A program made the position numbers and the translations under genes. Shown one piece after another: positions 1-13,500 of a stretch of 64,000 bases of DNA; within the stretch, counting starts at the first letter, position 1, and each line of letters starts with the position of its first letter. This DNA comes from Azolla caroliniana (lineage: Eukaryota > Plantae > Polypodiophyta): NCBI GenBank assembly GCA_043228905.1, contig JBHGNT010000003.1, positions 9,796,001 to 9,860,000 of the forward strand. Direction: 5' to 3'. The notes under the pieces are model-generated. The model was given only the letters and a program-made list of their open reading frames with translations, was not told where the DNA came from and did not search any database.

Positions 1-1852
1 TTTAAACTTTCCATATTTGGGATTAAAGTTGATGCAATCTAATCCTTAGGTGAATCTTGTAGGATTGTACACCGAATGATAATGTTAGTTAAACTGCAAG
101 GGTATTAAACATGTGGATATTGATGAGAGGTGTTACTCTCGGGTTGTGCAACTAACATGAAACTATAGGTGTGTCCATTATCAACACACTATCCATACTA
201 AGTAGCAATAGAAGATAAACAAACATAATATGTGGACAATATATTAGACACACTTTGACAGTCTTGACAACCACTCCCAATCATCCACTTTGATAGTCTT
301 GATAGTTTCCAAATTGACAGTCTCCACACTGTGCTGTGCAATGGGGATAATATGTTGGGTACACTTTGACCCGGAAGATTGTCACTATCAATAAGTCATG
401 TTTCTCCAAATTAGATACAACAAAAAATGTTCCAAATCGAGGCTTAGGTTAAGTAAAGTTTCCAATTGTATAGTGTGGCTTTATTTTATTCAAAACATTA
501 TAAACAAACCAATTGTATAGGAATAAAATTAAAACATATAGAACAATGTAAACAATCGACCACATGAATGATAAAAACCAAAAGTTATATTAGAACGTGG
601 AATTCATAAGTTTACATTTGATCAAAATTACATTCTATCACATTGCAATCAAGTTATCTACGTCATTATCTTCATTTTCCTTTTGAGGAGTTTCGTCACC
701 TATTTGTGCATGGACTTCTTCACTAGTTCGCTGAGCAACTATAGGATCTTCTATAAGCTTGTCATCAAGGTCAATTAGCTCCCTAGGTTCTCCAGCTAAT
801 GGAGGAATAGGCTCTAGGAAGCTGGTTGAAACCGTTCCGTATCAGCGATGTGCTTTGCATCAACCTCCTCGTCTTTGTTTGGGCATTCCCACAAGGACTT
901 TATCCTCATATTTATAAATATAACCTACTCCTCGTCCTTCTCCAATGCAACAATATTTCGGAAGAGTTTCAAAGCACACGTAGACGTTGCACCTTTAAAG
1001 AAATGGGCAAGAAGACTATGTTAGCCAACCATCAGAATCTATATTGATTATATGAGCAACCTAAACCCGGTTTTAAGGATTCCTGTGCCAGAAAAAAGTT
1101 TAATATCCATTCTCCTTCATTCGAAAACATTTCGATCAAGCGCACCATAAGTTGTTGAGGTTTTTGTTACAGGTTGACAAGTTCCCGTTCTGTGGTGGTA
1201 ACATGTCGCAATTTGCGTGTAGCTGTTGGATATACCAGCAGGTTTGAACCCCCAACTTCATTAGAGTGCTCCTTGGTTCTTTGCTTTTTTATTTCGTCGA
1301 AGTAACCAACTATAATGTACTCAATTACGTTTACAAACCGCAAGGTCAGTCCTCTATTCACATTGGTTTTTATCCTATCAATTACAAGTAGGTGAGTTAA
1401 CAATAGATTCTATAAATTAAGAACAAAAGGGCTATAGATAATCCTTACCATGCAAGGTTCTCGATGCCATGGCAACGAGATCTCAACGGTTGAGCCACTA
1501 AGTACCCGTGGTCCATGTAGTGAAACACAACTATCCTCCACAAGGATGCCATGGTCAGCTCATCGAAATCTTTCACCATTCTTTCTAATAGTTTGAACCA
1601 TAAAGGTTCATTGTTGTAAGATGATCCAGCCATACGAAAGCCGTAAGGTATATTAGCAATCAACAATGTGTAGTCTTTCTTTGGCACTTTCTCGATCATC
1701 TCTGTCACAACCCCACAAATAACATTGTAGTATAGATATCTCGTAATATCTTTCTTGTGGCTAAATGTTATGAAGGCGCCGCCGTCTTCAATCTCGTATG
1801 CCTTGACTATGCGACGATCCTTTTCTTTTTTGATTCTCTCTAGATGTGCAAG

Positions 1853-4133
1853 TCGGTACTAGAGGTTTCGGCTACCTGTGAAGTCGACCTTGTGTTGTGT
1901 GTTGGGCCGTTGTGAAGGGTTGGCACATCCGAAAAAATTACCCTTCGGACTTTGATCGACTTTTCGGCTGATTGGTGCATGGCTGACTCACTGAACACAA
2001 TGTCGGAAGCTAATTTCGCTGTCTGGTCCATAACCAAGGAAAATACATTTCCTGAACCTTGGTGCAAGTTTGCGGCGATCATCTTTCGGGATGAGGGCGC
2101 ACGGCTCGCACCTGAAAATCCTTAGCTTATCATAATTTGGTTTATTGCCGGTTCATAATTCATAAGGTATCCAAAGTCCTAGAGGCCTGCTGTGCGACAT
2201 ATTGATTATGTGTATTGCCATAAGTAGTGCCTCTTCCCAGAAGCTATCTGATAGTCCGAAGTGTTGGAGCATGGAAACTATCCTTTCTTGAATTGTTCGA
2301 TTCATCCACTCAGCAATTCCGTTCTTCTCCAGACTATATGGTGCCGTAAATTCACGTCTTATGCCGTATTGTCGGCAAAATCTGACGAATTCCTCTGATT
2401 TGAACTCTCCCCCGTTATCTGCCTGAAAGCATTTCAGTTTTCGACCGGACTAATTCTCAACCATAGCGAGCCAATCGGAAAAAATCGAGAACACTCGATC
2501 CTTAGTTTTAATTGGGTAAGCCCACACCTCCGAGTCGAGGCATCAATAATGCTGATGAAATACAAGGCATTGCCGAGAGACTGATGTAGCATAAGACCAC
2601 AAATGTCTGAGTGGAGTCTGGTCCAAATTGAGGGGATTCGATTCTCGCGGTGCTGATATTGGATGTGATGCAGCTATTTGTTTGCCGTATTCGCAATGCT
2701 CGCAAAACTGATGATCCAAGAAGGAGAGTTTGGGAATGTATCCGGCTCTGGATAAATGCGTGATGCCGGTCTTGCTGAGGTGTGTCCAAGTATTCCATGC
2801 CAAAGTGATGACATGGGAATCTCGACCAAGAACAAGTCACCCTCTCCGAGTGTGACATATAGCGGGTACAATGAGTGTACTTTCGGTCATCGAGCAAGCA
2901 AGAGGTTCCCCCTGTGCAGTGTCCACCCTCCTAATGAGAAGCCGACACAGATGTTGTCTTCATCCAATTGTCCGACTGAGATCAAAGGTCTTGAGAGCTC
3001 AGGTACATGTCAGACATTATGTAGTACTAGTGTAGAGCCGCCCGAAAGGTTGAGCTCTATTGTGCCAATTCCGATAATCGCGCAATGTTGTGAGTTTCTG
3101 ACTCGAACTGAGTTGGAATGTTGGGCCAAATATTGCTGAAATTGTGATCGATGAGAAGTCACATGATATGAAGCGCCCGATTCCAAGAGCCATGTGCTCG
3201 ATTCCTCACTCGTAAGTAGAATTTTTGATTTGACTAGGTTTTCAATGGATAGAATGTTCAGGTCGTTCGACAATACTTCGGCTGAAGAGCCGACGTAGTT
3301 GATCTCCTCATGCCGGTCACTCTTCTGATCCGCTCGATGAGCCTTATCGTTTTTGGCCTTGAGTGCATGAAAATCGGCTTTGATGTGTATGGGTTTCTTG
3401 CAATAGTTGCAGACTCGATTATCCTTGGAGTTGCTCCGACTTCACTGGTTGTTTGGCTGCCATGGAGAACCTCTTCCTCGGCTATTCAATCGGTCGGTCA
3501 AACCTTGTACTACATACGCATTATTGGTAGAATCTTTTGCAAACGATTTCCTTCGAGCTGCTTTAGTCAGAGCTGCGCTCGTGACTGAGGAGTATTTCAC
3601 AACCGCAATTGATGCGTTGCACACAGTTGTGACGAAAGTTTCCCACGAAGGAGGGAGACTACTCATAAGCAACATTGCTCTTAGTTCATCCACGATAGTC
3701 GTCCCTTTGAGCCGAAATTTGGGAGCTTAGACTTTCGTACTCATTGAGGTGTGCTTGGACCGAATCAGATTCTTTCATCTGAAGGTTATATCGGTGCCGT
3801 ATCAAATATATCTTCGTGGCGGTGACCTTCTTTTCGTAAGTGTTCGAAAGTGTCTTCCATAGTTGGAAGGCAGTTGAACACGATTGCATCGTAAAGCACA
3901 TGGACTCCGATAGGTGCATCTGAATAGTGTTAGAACCAAATAGTGGCTCGGACAATTATGTTGAGCTTCTCCCGTTCAAGGGGCTTGTATCCTTTTGGAG
4001 AATTTTCATTTTCAATGGGGTCGATTTGCCCCTTGACTATTAAATAGTCTTGCATTTGCTCCTTCCAGAAGTTGAAGTTCGATCCGTCCAACTTCCTTAG
4101 ACTCATCTCTGATGAGCCGGATGTTGATTTCAT
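1853..4133 (-). pseudogene. Copia gag-protease-integrase polyprotein, frameshifted and truncated
   Basis: ORF pieces 3930-4235, 3686-3955, 3442-3693, 3010-3273 and 2543-2871 carry copia gag, protease and integrase motifs in copia order. Confidence 0.88.
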
Positions 4134-4951
4134 CCGTGTCGTTTTTGGGGGGCTTTGTTTGGGGTTGGCTATGAACAGTGGTTGGGTGTAGCAGATTGGC
4201 TTGCCCGAATTTGTTCTAGCCGAGTTTGAACACAAGTCGAATCTGATTCGAAATTTGGGAGACTCGATCCGAAGTGACTACAACTGACTAACCTAGTCGA
4301 GTTGCACCCAAGTATGTCGATTTGATTTCGAATGCCGATTTTCTAGATTTCCGAACACAGAGTATGTGCCGATTATCCAGGTCGATCTTGCTTCAGATGA
4401 CTACGACAATGAGAGGAACATATTCAATTTTCGAATGTTTTCGAGCCGAATGAAGCACGGAAAGGGGTTGTTCCTGGAGCCCAGACAACGAGTGATTATG
4501 ACAAGCGAGTGACTAGCGTCAGGTGACCTATTCGATTGTTGTCTAATCCAATGTAGTACGGCTGAGGCAGAGATGTTGTGAAGCGAAATCTCACTCCGCG
4601 CGGCTACAATCACAGGAGTGAAGTGCAACCGATTGGCTCACTTCAATGGTGATTTAGAATAGTGGAGTACAAATTTTGCCAGTGTCTCTCTTTGCGAAAG
4701 CAATCTTGTAGAGAGTTGCCAACTAAGATCTTCATGGTGTATAGAAGAAGAGTTGCTAATGGAAACTAGATAGACGGCACGACAACAGCAAAATTGAAAG
4801 AACCTCAAGCTCTGATATCAAATGTTGGAGACGCGGCCGTCTAGTGTGGAACAAATCGATTCAACACTCTTCTGATGGAAGATCAATAAGCAGATACAAT
4901 GAAGGTAGATTGATGGCAACAAAGACATAAAACAATGATCCACTTAGAACG

Positions 4952-4953
<2 letters not shown>

Positions 4954-5017
<64 letters not shown>
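4954..5017. repeat. (GA)n microsatellite inside the copia LTR
   Basis: Directly visible perfect dinucleotide run. Confidence 0.97.
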
Positions 5018-5022
<5 letters not shown>

Positions 5023-7719
5023 GGGCACAGGATGAATTAAATTATATTAACCAACTTTCAACCAGGTTACAAGGTCAGTTAATATATTGACTAACTTAGG
5101 GAAACTGCCCTTCTCATTATTTACATAAATAGCCTAAACCTAGTGTGTACAATGGGAGACAATGTGAATACGTCCATTAGAGACCTGCATTCAACACTCC
5201 CCCGTAATGGGCATATACATCAAAAATCTGTAAATTGAAATGAATGTACAATACATATTGATACAAGGTTTTTGAGCAAATCGAAATTTCGTTCGAGTTG
5301 GTGACTTCGAAAAACAGAAGGCCAAACTGGCCAAAGTTGTGGAAACTAAGGTTGAACTTCGAATTGTCGAACTTGATTGTTCGAAAACATCCTAACTACC
5401 CGACTTAATCATACTGATTCTTCGTTACACCCATTTGGTGCCGAAGGTATCAGAATCGATCCGCCGAAAGACACTTGGTCATCCCATCTACAACATTATC
5501 GGCTGTGAATATCTTCTCGAGGTCAATTTTCCTTGAAATGACACAGTCCTGAACAAAGTGATATCGAATGTCGATGTGCTTCGAGGCATTGTGATGAACC
5601 GGGTTTTTCGACAGAGCGACAATGCCCTGACTGTCACTGTAGACAACTGGAACCAAGTCGGATTCGACTTGTCAAGTGTGAATATATCCATTAGAGACCT
5701 GCATTCAACACTACTCTCCACAGAGACAACTTCATGTCATCGGCCGCTTCTTCAATCGTGAGGTCGATTTTCTTGGCCGTTGTTGATTTCAACTCTAGCT
5801 AGGGGTCCATTGTAGATTTCTTTTGCCGTTGACCCTTGACCTCCTTATTCTCCCACATTGAAATAATTTGATCTTGACGGTCCCAAACTTCCCCATCTCT
5901 AAATGCTAGTTGAAACCATGACTCGTATTTACGTACCATCTAACTTCACATTATCGTCCACAACAATGCCGACCTCATGAAGGCATTGACTTCGTAGTCC
6001 GGGGTGAAGCTTTGGACCAAATGTTTGTTTGACGTCTAGGTACTCGTGATGGAAGAACCTTATACGCTCAATGGATGACATTTTTTGCCGATAGTCATTA
6101 TCATTATTGTGGTCCCATGCCAAACAGTTTTCCCTCTTCAGTTGTGAGGCCCACATAGATTTTACATTCAACATACTTGAAGAAAAAGGTTGTTGGGTGT
6201 TTTTGCTTACAGGTTGTCATCATGCTTCAACGGAATGTGACCCACCAATAACAAAATAATTGTATTGGACGTGCTTCCTCACATCAAATGATTCAGTTGT
6301 AGCACATTCATCAAGATCCACCATTACAATGAATGGTACAACTGTGGCATGTGGATTTATTTTCATTTTTTTCTTGAGATTTTGTACATGGATTTTATGT
6401 GGCTCCCTAATCTCAAGTGGTCTTCATCCTGTTTTAACATCTACTGGTGGCCTCTAGATGTGTGTGATAAGCAGATTGAAGACTTGACCTTTTCTCACCA
6501 GTTTCTTTTGCATTATCTCTCTTCGAATCTTGTTCTGCTCAGAAGACAGAACACCAGATGCTATCTCAGCACTTGATGTGGCCCAAGTTTCCTCAGCTTC
6601 TGTTGAACTTGATGATTCAGACTCTAACATTTTTGAGACCTTTTTCTTCGCTGGTCTCGAATGCACCACCACCTTCTTTTGTGGTGCCTTCACTGGAGAT
6701 GATTGCGCATCTCCCAAAGTTATGTGTCCTCGAATGTATGGTCTTAAGTTGTTATAAGATTGTTTGAAGTCTTGATGGCGACTTTGAAAGATTCATGACC
6801 ACATGAATCTTTAACAAGTCGATTTTCAAACACAAACATTTTTCGGACTCCCTTCGAACAATCCACTAACAATATTAGATTGAGGGAGTTGGGGTCTTCC
6901 TAGTCAAGCTGTAATATTTGGCCATAACCAAAGGGTCATTCTTTAATAAGTTGACCATGGCCCTTCTTTTTATCAATCAACAAAACGACTTTCTTGTTTG
7001 TGTCGACATATTGCATGGCCCACTCGTGGTCTGTTATGTCCTGATCAGGTAAGTCTTCCCCACCAACGACTTAAACCATCTTCTTCTGACTAACAGTGTC
7101 AAATGGTTATTCCGTTATGTCATCGCTAAAGAGTAGTTTTTTTCCTTTCTTCAAATTAGTACCCACAGGCTGTTTGGGAGCCTCCACCGATGAGTTTTGA
7201 TATGTCAACCTAAATTTTTTCACCGGACGGTCTAAAAGATTCTCAAGAGACCTATTATAAGGAAGAAGTATTGAAATATAACTAACTTGGATAATTAGGA
7301 ATTGACTTGTATGTCGAAACACCTTACAAATTCTAATGTAACTTGGGGTCTTGTCAATAAAACATAATTGAATGCTTTAAAGTCTAAATAATGGAAGATA
7401 GTTGTATACTTAAACATTTGTCTATGTAATATGTTGTTGACAAGTTTCTTTAGTACTTTGTATGTCTTTAAAATGTGATGTTTCTAAATTGTATTAAGAA
7501 ATCTTGAATTTTGTAGTTATAAGGCTAAAGTAATGCCATTTTCATGTATATTTTGGCAATAAATTTGCCATTCTACCTATGTTTTTTGACGTCAATTTTC
7601 CTATATATTTGGTCCTAAAGTCACAAACTTCATTTGATTCTATGGTTATGTCTCAGTTGACCATCTAAAATAGTACCACTCTATGGATTTTGTCCTCGAT
7701 ATTTCTATTTTAATTAGGA

Positions 7720-7775
7720 TCTCGATACAATGTATCAAGTTCTTGTTTAAAACTTGATACAATGTATCGAGTTCG
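7720..7775. repeat. Remnant of the palindromic intron-1 array of methyltransferase copy A
   Basis: Two degenerate CTCGATAC-aat-GTATCRAGTT units. Confidence 0.75.
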
Positions 7776-8368
7776 TGTTTAAAAGTTCCTCTTCGTGTGA
7801 CTTCCACGAAATGAGGAGGTCCTATTTATAGGGCGTTTAACTTCCCATATTCTTCTCTTTCTTTGAATAAGCCTTTTGTACTCATGCAAATGCTTTTGGT
7901 AATTTTCTTTATCTTTAACTACATCCAAAATCATAAGGTGCTTTTGAGCTTCATGACATTCATTATCAAACCATTTTTTCTTTAAACTACATTTCTTGGT
8001 GTATTTCGAAGATGTACACAGAGAGAGAGAGATAGAGAGAGAACCAAAGAAGTGACAGTTTGTTGATGTTCAACAATTCTCTTGTGTAACACAATAGAGA
8101 CCACCCAATCAACCAGTCACAATGTTTATTTGACACTCTTACACCTTTTTGAAGCACCTCATTGTCGTATTTCTTTAAAAACTTAAATATATTTTCTAGA
8201 ACTTGAAATTTGCCCATAATCTCAACCTCTTATTCTATAATTGAACGATCTCTATCATAGTATGTAACATACTCGAATGCATTTGCAAACATTCTTTTTC
8301 ATACGTTCGCAAATGAATGTCATGAGTAGATGAAACCCCATGACGTTTAGGGTGACTCGAACCTCATG

Positions 8369-8771
8369 GGGTTACTAGATCATTGGCACTACGCAGAAGC
8401 ATTTCTCCCAAACCTACAGTTGATACAAATAATGAAAATTTTGCCATAACAGTTTTTGTACATCACACATAATCAATGGATAATGGAATGGATAATAATG
8501 AGCGAATCAAGAGAAAGAATCTGGATATATTACTAAAAGTGCTAACTTGAATACTGTCAGGAAAAACCGGAAAAGACTTTACCTCCCACTAGTACAAAAG
8601 AAGAATCATGCTTATTACCAGAGATAGTAATGAGATTCTATAAAGCAAAATTTTGTCTCTTCCTTTATCCAATAAATCAGTGGCAATAGTCATGATTAAG
8701 CCGAGAATCAATATAGATTTCGGAAGAATTGGCAAATCAACAAATGAAAGCGAAAAATAAGTTTTATTCGT
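8369..8771 (-). pseudogene. ndhB: Nuclear plastid DNA fragment (NUPT): 5' part of NADH dehydrogenase-like subunit B
   Basis: Translates ILPKSILILGLI..DL..LYRISLLSLVISMILLLY*W...LLSIPLSIDYV*CTK..KFSLFVST.GLGEMLLRSANDLVT, matching the plastid NdhB N-terminus. Apparent ACG start at 8771. Confidence 0.85.
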
Positions 8772-8842
8772 AACCCCCCAGGAGCTTATCACAGTCTGGG
8801 TGGGACTGATTAAGTGAGTCGCCTACAAAAAACCCGGATCAA

Positions 8843-8903
8843 TCAACGATACAGTGCAACAACTAACCTTGCAGCTAAAATGCTTGTTGCAAAGGCACTA
8901 ACA
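8843..8903 (-). pseudogene. psaM: Probable 3' end of plastid photosystem I subunit XII, in the same NUPT
   Basis: VVSAFATSILAARLVVALYR-stop resembles the PsaM C-terminus; the match is short. Confidence 0.55.
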
Positions 8904-9337
8904 ACTCCTAAGGAGAAGCACTTAGCTCTAGCCATTAGGTTATATATGTTGTACATAAAGATATTATAATTTACTTTATTATAATATTGATAATGTAACC
9001 CTATAAATATCCAAAGGGTGCCATGACCCTTCAATATCCCAAAGGGTATCATGACCCTACAACATCCCAAAGGGTATCATGACCCTACAAACATCTAAGG
9101 GGCACATACTACTCCTATATAAATAGGACATATTGTATTGTTAGAACCATTCTGGTTCAACACCAGTCTTTGGCAAATATTCTAGTTCTTGCTCTTGTAT
9201 ATTTTCCTATTATAATCAAATATAGTCATTGTTCTCTCTTTCTTTATCTCTCTTGTTCAATAGACTTCTTTTGTCAAGCTAAGGACTTGATAGTTTGAAC
9301 CATAATATCTTCTCTCTTTCTCTCTCTCTTTATCGCC

Positions 9338-9339
<2 letters not shown>

Positions 9340-9402
<63 letters not shown>
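9340..9402. repeat. (CT)n microsatellite in the chromovirus 5' UTR
   Basis: Directly visible; the related element has one at the same position (58550-58592). Confidence 0.97.
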
Positions 9403-9404
<2 letters not shown>

Positions 9405-9447
9405 TTCCTTCTTTTTCTTGAGAATCCTATCAAGCGTTATCCTCACC

Positions 9448-9935
9448 ATGGAGTTCGTTAGCAAGCAAGAGTATGTTCGAGTCGTCTTTGAGCTCGAGCA
9501 TCTCACAAATAAGTTTTTGGCTCTAGAGCAAGAGAATCAATGATTGCTTGGAGATTTACAACAAGTAAGCATAGAAAAGGCACAACAATATGATGAGTTA
9601 TCAACATGTGTATTGCAACTCGAAACAACATTGCGGTCTCTTCATCAACAAGCTTCGATGCAACAAAGCTCTCCCAAAGAACCAAAGATTTGTTTGCTCG
9701 GGAAGTTCGATGGTAATCGATCACAATTTCGAGGATTTCTAAATCAGGTGCGTCTAGTAATTCATATGTATCCTAATAGATATCCAACCGATACAACTCG
9801 AGTTGGACTAGTAGGAACCCTCAACAGGAATGGCATTAGCATGGTTTGCACCACAGCTAGAAAAGAAATCTCCTCTCCTTCAAGACTTTGAAGGTTTTAT
9901 TAAAGAATTTCAAGCAAACTTTGGAGACACTGATA
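9448..9935 (+). pseudogene. Chromovirus gag, 5' half (interrupted by the DNA transposon)
   Basis: MEFVSKQEY..EPKICL.GKFDGNRSQFRGFLNQVRLVI, homologous to intact gag 58622-59785; breaks at FGDTD. Confidence 0.92.
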
Positions 9936-10315
9936 AACACGTTTGCGTTCACAAGTGGAAGGATCACGCATTCCACTTGTAGAATCTTCTTGAAACTATC
10001 CAAATATACCCTCTCTACAAAAATTGGATGCACTAGTATCACATGTTCCACAACTTGATTAGAATTTGCAAATATAAAAATACATGATAGGTCTACGAGT
10101 GGAGATCATTAGAAATTCAAATAAGTTTGGACGTGTTGATAAGTTAATGTAGGCATAATAAAGTTCAACAATGGCTCAATATGTCACTAATGTGCGACAT
10201 GGGAAACACTAAGTTAAAGACTTATATTAATTTGGTAAGTTTTACAAAAATATGAGGTGTACTTGTAACCATACTAATAAAATGAGTTATAATTTATACT
10301 TTGACCCATACTCAC

Positions 10316-10595
10316 ATGTATATAATTGTGGACAATGTAGGATAGTGCACTTTAGGATAATGTGATTGGAATAACTAACTTATTAAGGTATTTGATACTT
10401 GTATTTAAAGTGGATCTAATCTATTCCTCAGTTTGTTCGTATGGGATCAAACCATATGTATATAATTGTGGACAATGTAAGACAGTGAACTTTAGGATAA
10501 TGTGGTGGAAATAACAAACCTATTAAGGATTTCATACTTGTATTTAAAATTGATCTAATCTATTCCTTAGGTGATTCACACGGGATCAAACTCCA
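10316..10595. repeat. ~140-bp tandem duplication downstream of methyltransferase copy B
   Basis: ATGTATATAATTGTGGACAATGTA...GGGATCAAAC occurs at ~10316 and ~10456. Confidence 0.8.
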
Positions 10596-13500
10596 AACGA
10601 TAATGCTAGTGGAACTACAAGCGTATAAAAACATGCGGATAACGCTAGTGGAACCATTATCAACACACTACACAATCTAAGCAGCAATGGAAGAGAAACA
10701 TAATAGTTTTAACAATAGAAGACAAAGATCCATAATAACAACATGGACAGTCATAGCAACAATTCTACGACCATGTTATGTTAAGGTAAAGTTTGACCAA
10801 AATCAGCCTCAATTTAAACTAATTCACGTTTCTCCATAAATTTGGTAGTCAGCAATGCACGCGGTGAAACCAATGTCATAAGTCTACTAACCAAGTATAT
10901 AAAAACAAAATTGAAACGTATAGAAGATTATAAAAAATAGAATCCACCAAGTAAAACCCAAAACTTGTATTAATAAGTGAATTCCAAACAATACATTTCG
11001 CGTTTTTAAAAGAGTCTATTACATAGCAAGCAAATCGTCAATGTCATTTTCTTCGTCATCTTGTATAGAAATCTCTTTGGCTATACGTGCATTCGCTTCC
11101 CCTGTTAGCCGAGCCAACGAAATATCTTCTATAAGCTCATCATCAAGCTCTATTACCTCCCCCGGTTCCTTGGCTAACGGAGGAATAAGCTCTCGCGAAG
11201 CAGGTTGAAACCTTTCGGTATTAGCGAGGTTCTTTGCACCGACCTCCTCGTCCTAGTTTGGGCACTCCCACAAAGCCTTAATCCTCATGTTTATAAATAT
11301 AACTTGCTCCTCGTCCTTCTCCAATGCAACTGTGTTTCTAAAGAGCTTCAATGCACATGCAGACGTTGTCCTTGTGAAGAAAGTAACAAGAAGAATTAGT
11401 TCTCAAACAAAAAAGATTCAGTATTGGTTATCTCAACATCGTTAACCTAGTTCGAGGAATACCTGTGCCAGAAAAGAGGTCTAATATCCAATCTCCTTCT
11501 ACAGAAAACATCTCGATCAAGCGCATCATAAGTCGTTGAGGTTTTTGGTATTTGGGTTGACAAGTCCCCGTTCTGTCGTGGTGACATGTCGCAATTTCCG
11601 TGTCACTGCTGTATATACCAACAAATTTGAACCTCCCACTTCATTAGAATGCTCCTTGATTCTTTGTTTCTTAATTTCATCGAAGTAGCCAACCATAATG
11701 TATTCAATGGCATTTACGAACCGAAAGGTTGGCCCTCTATTTACATTGGTTTTTATCCTATAACAAATATTACATCGAGTTAAGAATAGATTGAACAATC
11801 TTAAGAAAGGCAATATAGTGAATGAGACATATACATAATCCTTACCATGTAGGGTTCTTGATGCCATGGCAACGAGATCTCAAAGCTTGAGCTACTGAGT
11901 ACCCTTGGTCCATATTATGAAAGACAACTATTCTCCACAAGGATGCAGTCGTTAGCTCAGCAAAATCCTTGACCATCTTCTCTAACTGTTTTAAACCTAA
12001 ACGGTTCATCGTCGTATGATGACCCTGTCATTCGAAATCTGTATGGAATATCCGCAATCATTAGCGTATATTCTTTCTTTGGCACTTTTTGGATAATGTC
12101 AACGACATCGCCGCAAACCACGTTGTAGTAAAGATCTCTTGTAATATCCTTTTTGTGGCTAATTTTTTTGAAGGAGCCATCTTCCTCAATTTCGTACGCC
12201 TTGACTAAGCGACGATCCTTTTCTTTTCTGGCTCTCTGGAGATGTGCAAGGAAGGATGTCGGGAAATCGTGTATATCCTTAACTTCTCCTTGTTTCTTGC
12301 CACGACATGGTTTCTAATATAAGCAATAAGACATCAAGTATTATTACACAACCTCTACATGTGAGGAAAGCTTAATGAAAAACCACCAATACTAACCCAA
12401 TCCTTGAATGCAATAAAATACTCGGATAACGCCTTAATTGAAGACGTTAGAGGATAATCCTCGGTCACTTTTTCCCAAGTTATATATCCAAGTTGTTTCA
12501 TCATAACTTCTAGGATATTCATGTACACCTTATGACTGTGAAATTAGAAAACGAGATTAGAACTTTCAATTGCACCATATTGAATTCAATATCACTATTT
12601 GAAATACTTACTTATTGAACGAACTTAGTGACCATTTCTTCAAGGCTTAAATCTTTCGCCACAACCCTTGACAAAATAGACACAAGAAGCTGCTCGTCCT
12701 TAATACCTTGCATCGCTCTCCATAGAGACACCTTCATGTCGTCAACCGCTTCTTCAATTGTCAAATCAATTTTCTTGGCCGCTTGTGACTTTAATTCTAG
12801 TTGAGGGTCTACCTTACATTTCTTTTGTCATTGACCCTTGACCTCCTTATTCTCCCACATTGAGAAGATTTGATCTTGTAGGTCCCATACTTCTCCATCT
12901 CTAAAGGCAAGTTGAAACCAAGACTCATATTTCTGAAGACCATTAAACTTAACATTATCATCCACCACAATGCCGACTTCATGCAAGCATTGACATCGTA
13001 GGCCTGGATGTAGCTTCACACCGAACTTTTGTTTGACGTCCAAATACTCGTGGTGGAAGAACCTTATACGCTCAATCGATGACATTTTCTGCCTATAGTC
13101 ATTATCGTTATTGTGGTCCCATGCCAACAACTTTGCCTCTTCAGTTGTGAGGCCCACGTAAATTTTGCACTCGGCATACTTGAAGAAGTAGGTCGTTGGA
13201 TGTTCTCTCACAAATTGTCGACGTGCCGCCGCCGAATGCGATCCACCAATTACAAAGTAATTGTATTGATCATGCTTTCTTTTGTTGAAATCTTCAATGG
13301 TTTCGCATTCTTCGGGATCTACCATAACAATAAAAGGCACAACGGTAGCATGTGGATTAATTTTCATTTTTTTCTTGAGATTTTGAACATGCATTCATTG
13401 TGGCTCTTTGATCTCAAGTGGTCTTCGTCTTGTTTTTTCATCTATAGGGGGCCAATGGATGTGTGTTATAGGCAAATTAAACACTTGCCCTTTTCTGACT

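Larger units (their letters stand above)
1853..5710 (-). mobile_element. Deleted Ty1/copia LTR retrotransposon in tandem form: partial LTR - RNase H end - PPT - LTR - PBS - gag/protease/integrase (truncated)
   Basis: LTR TG..CA at 4823-5196 with (GA)n. PBS-Met-like TGATATCAGAGC at 4809-4820. PPT at 5197-5205. Copia RNase H (YSDSQG..NPVHHNASKHIDIRYHFV) at 5450-5656. LTR 5' end repeated at ~5676-5710. Gag KLDGSNFNFWK, protease WLLESGASYHVT, integrase zinc finger (WH..LGH..CEHC). Confidence 0.9.
638..7251 (-). pseudogene. Copy A of the ParB-like/beta-class DNA amino-methyltransferase fusion gene, interrupted by a Copia insertion (1853-5710) with loss of ~460 bp; exon 1 not found
   Basis: Fragments align with copies B and C: RSLENLLDRP after an AG acceptor (7251), AWDHNNDNDYRQKMSSIERIRFFHHEYL, YTLLIANIPYG (motif IV), KTNVNRG...NLLVYP...TTTERELVN, and FSGTG (motif I) near 1081-1100. 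Ends IAM-stop at 638. The 3' flank 1-330 is homologous to 10440-10760. Confidence 0.88.
8318..9292 (+). repeat. 5' LTR of the host chromovirus, containing a ~535-bp plastid DNA insert and three ~25-bp tandem repeats
   Basis: Matches 54920-55359 on both sides of 8369-8903. TATATAAATA at ~9116. Terminal CA mutated to TA. Confidence 0.92.

Noticed and set aside
7860-8317. Second TIR or transposase for copy A (also searched 55365-56390)
   Set aside because: No AACACG-type TIR or transposase sequence was found; that side of the element appears deleted, and the other end lies left of the window.
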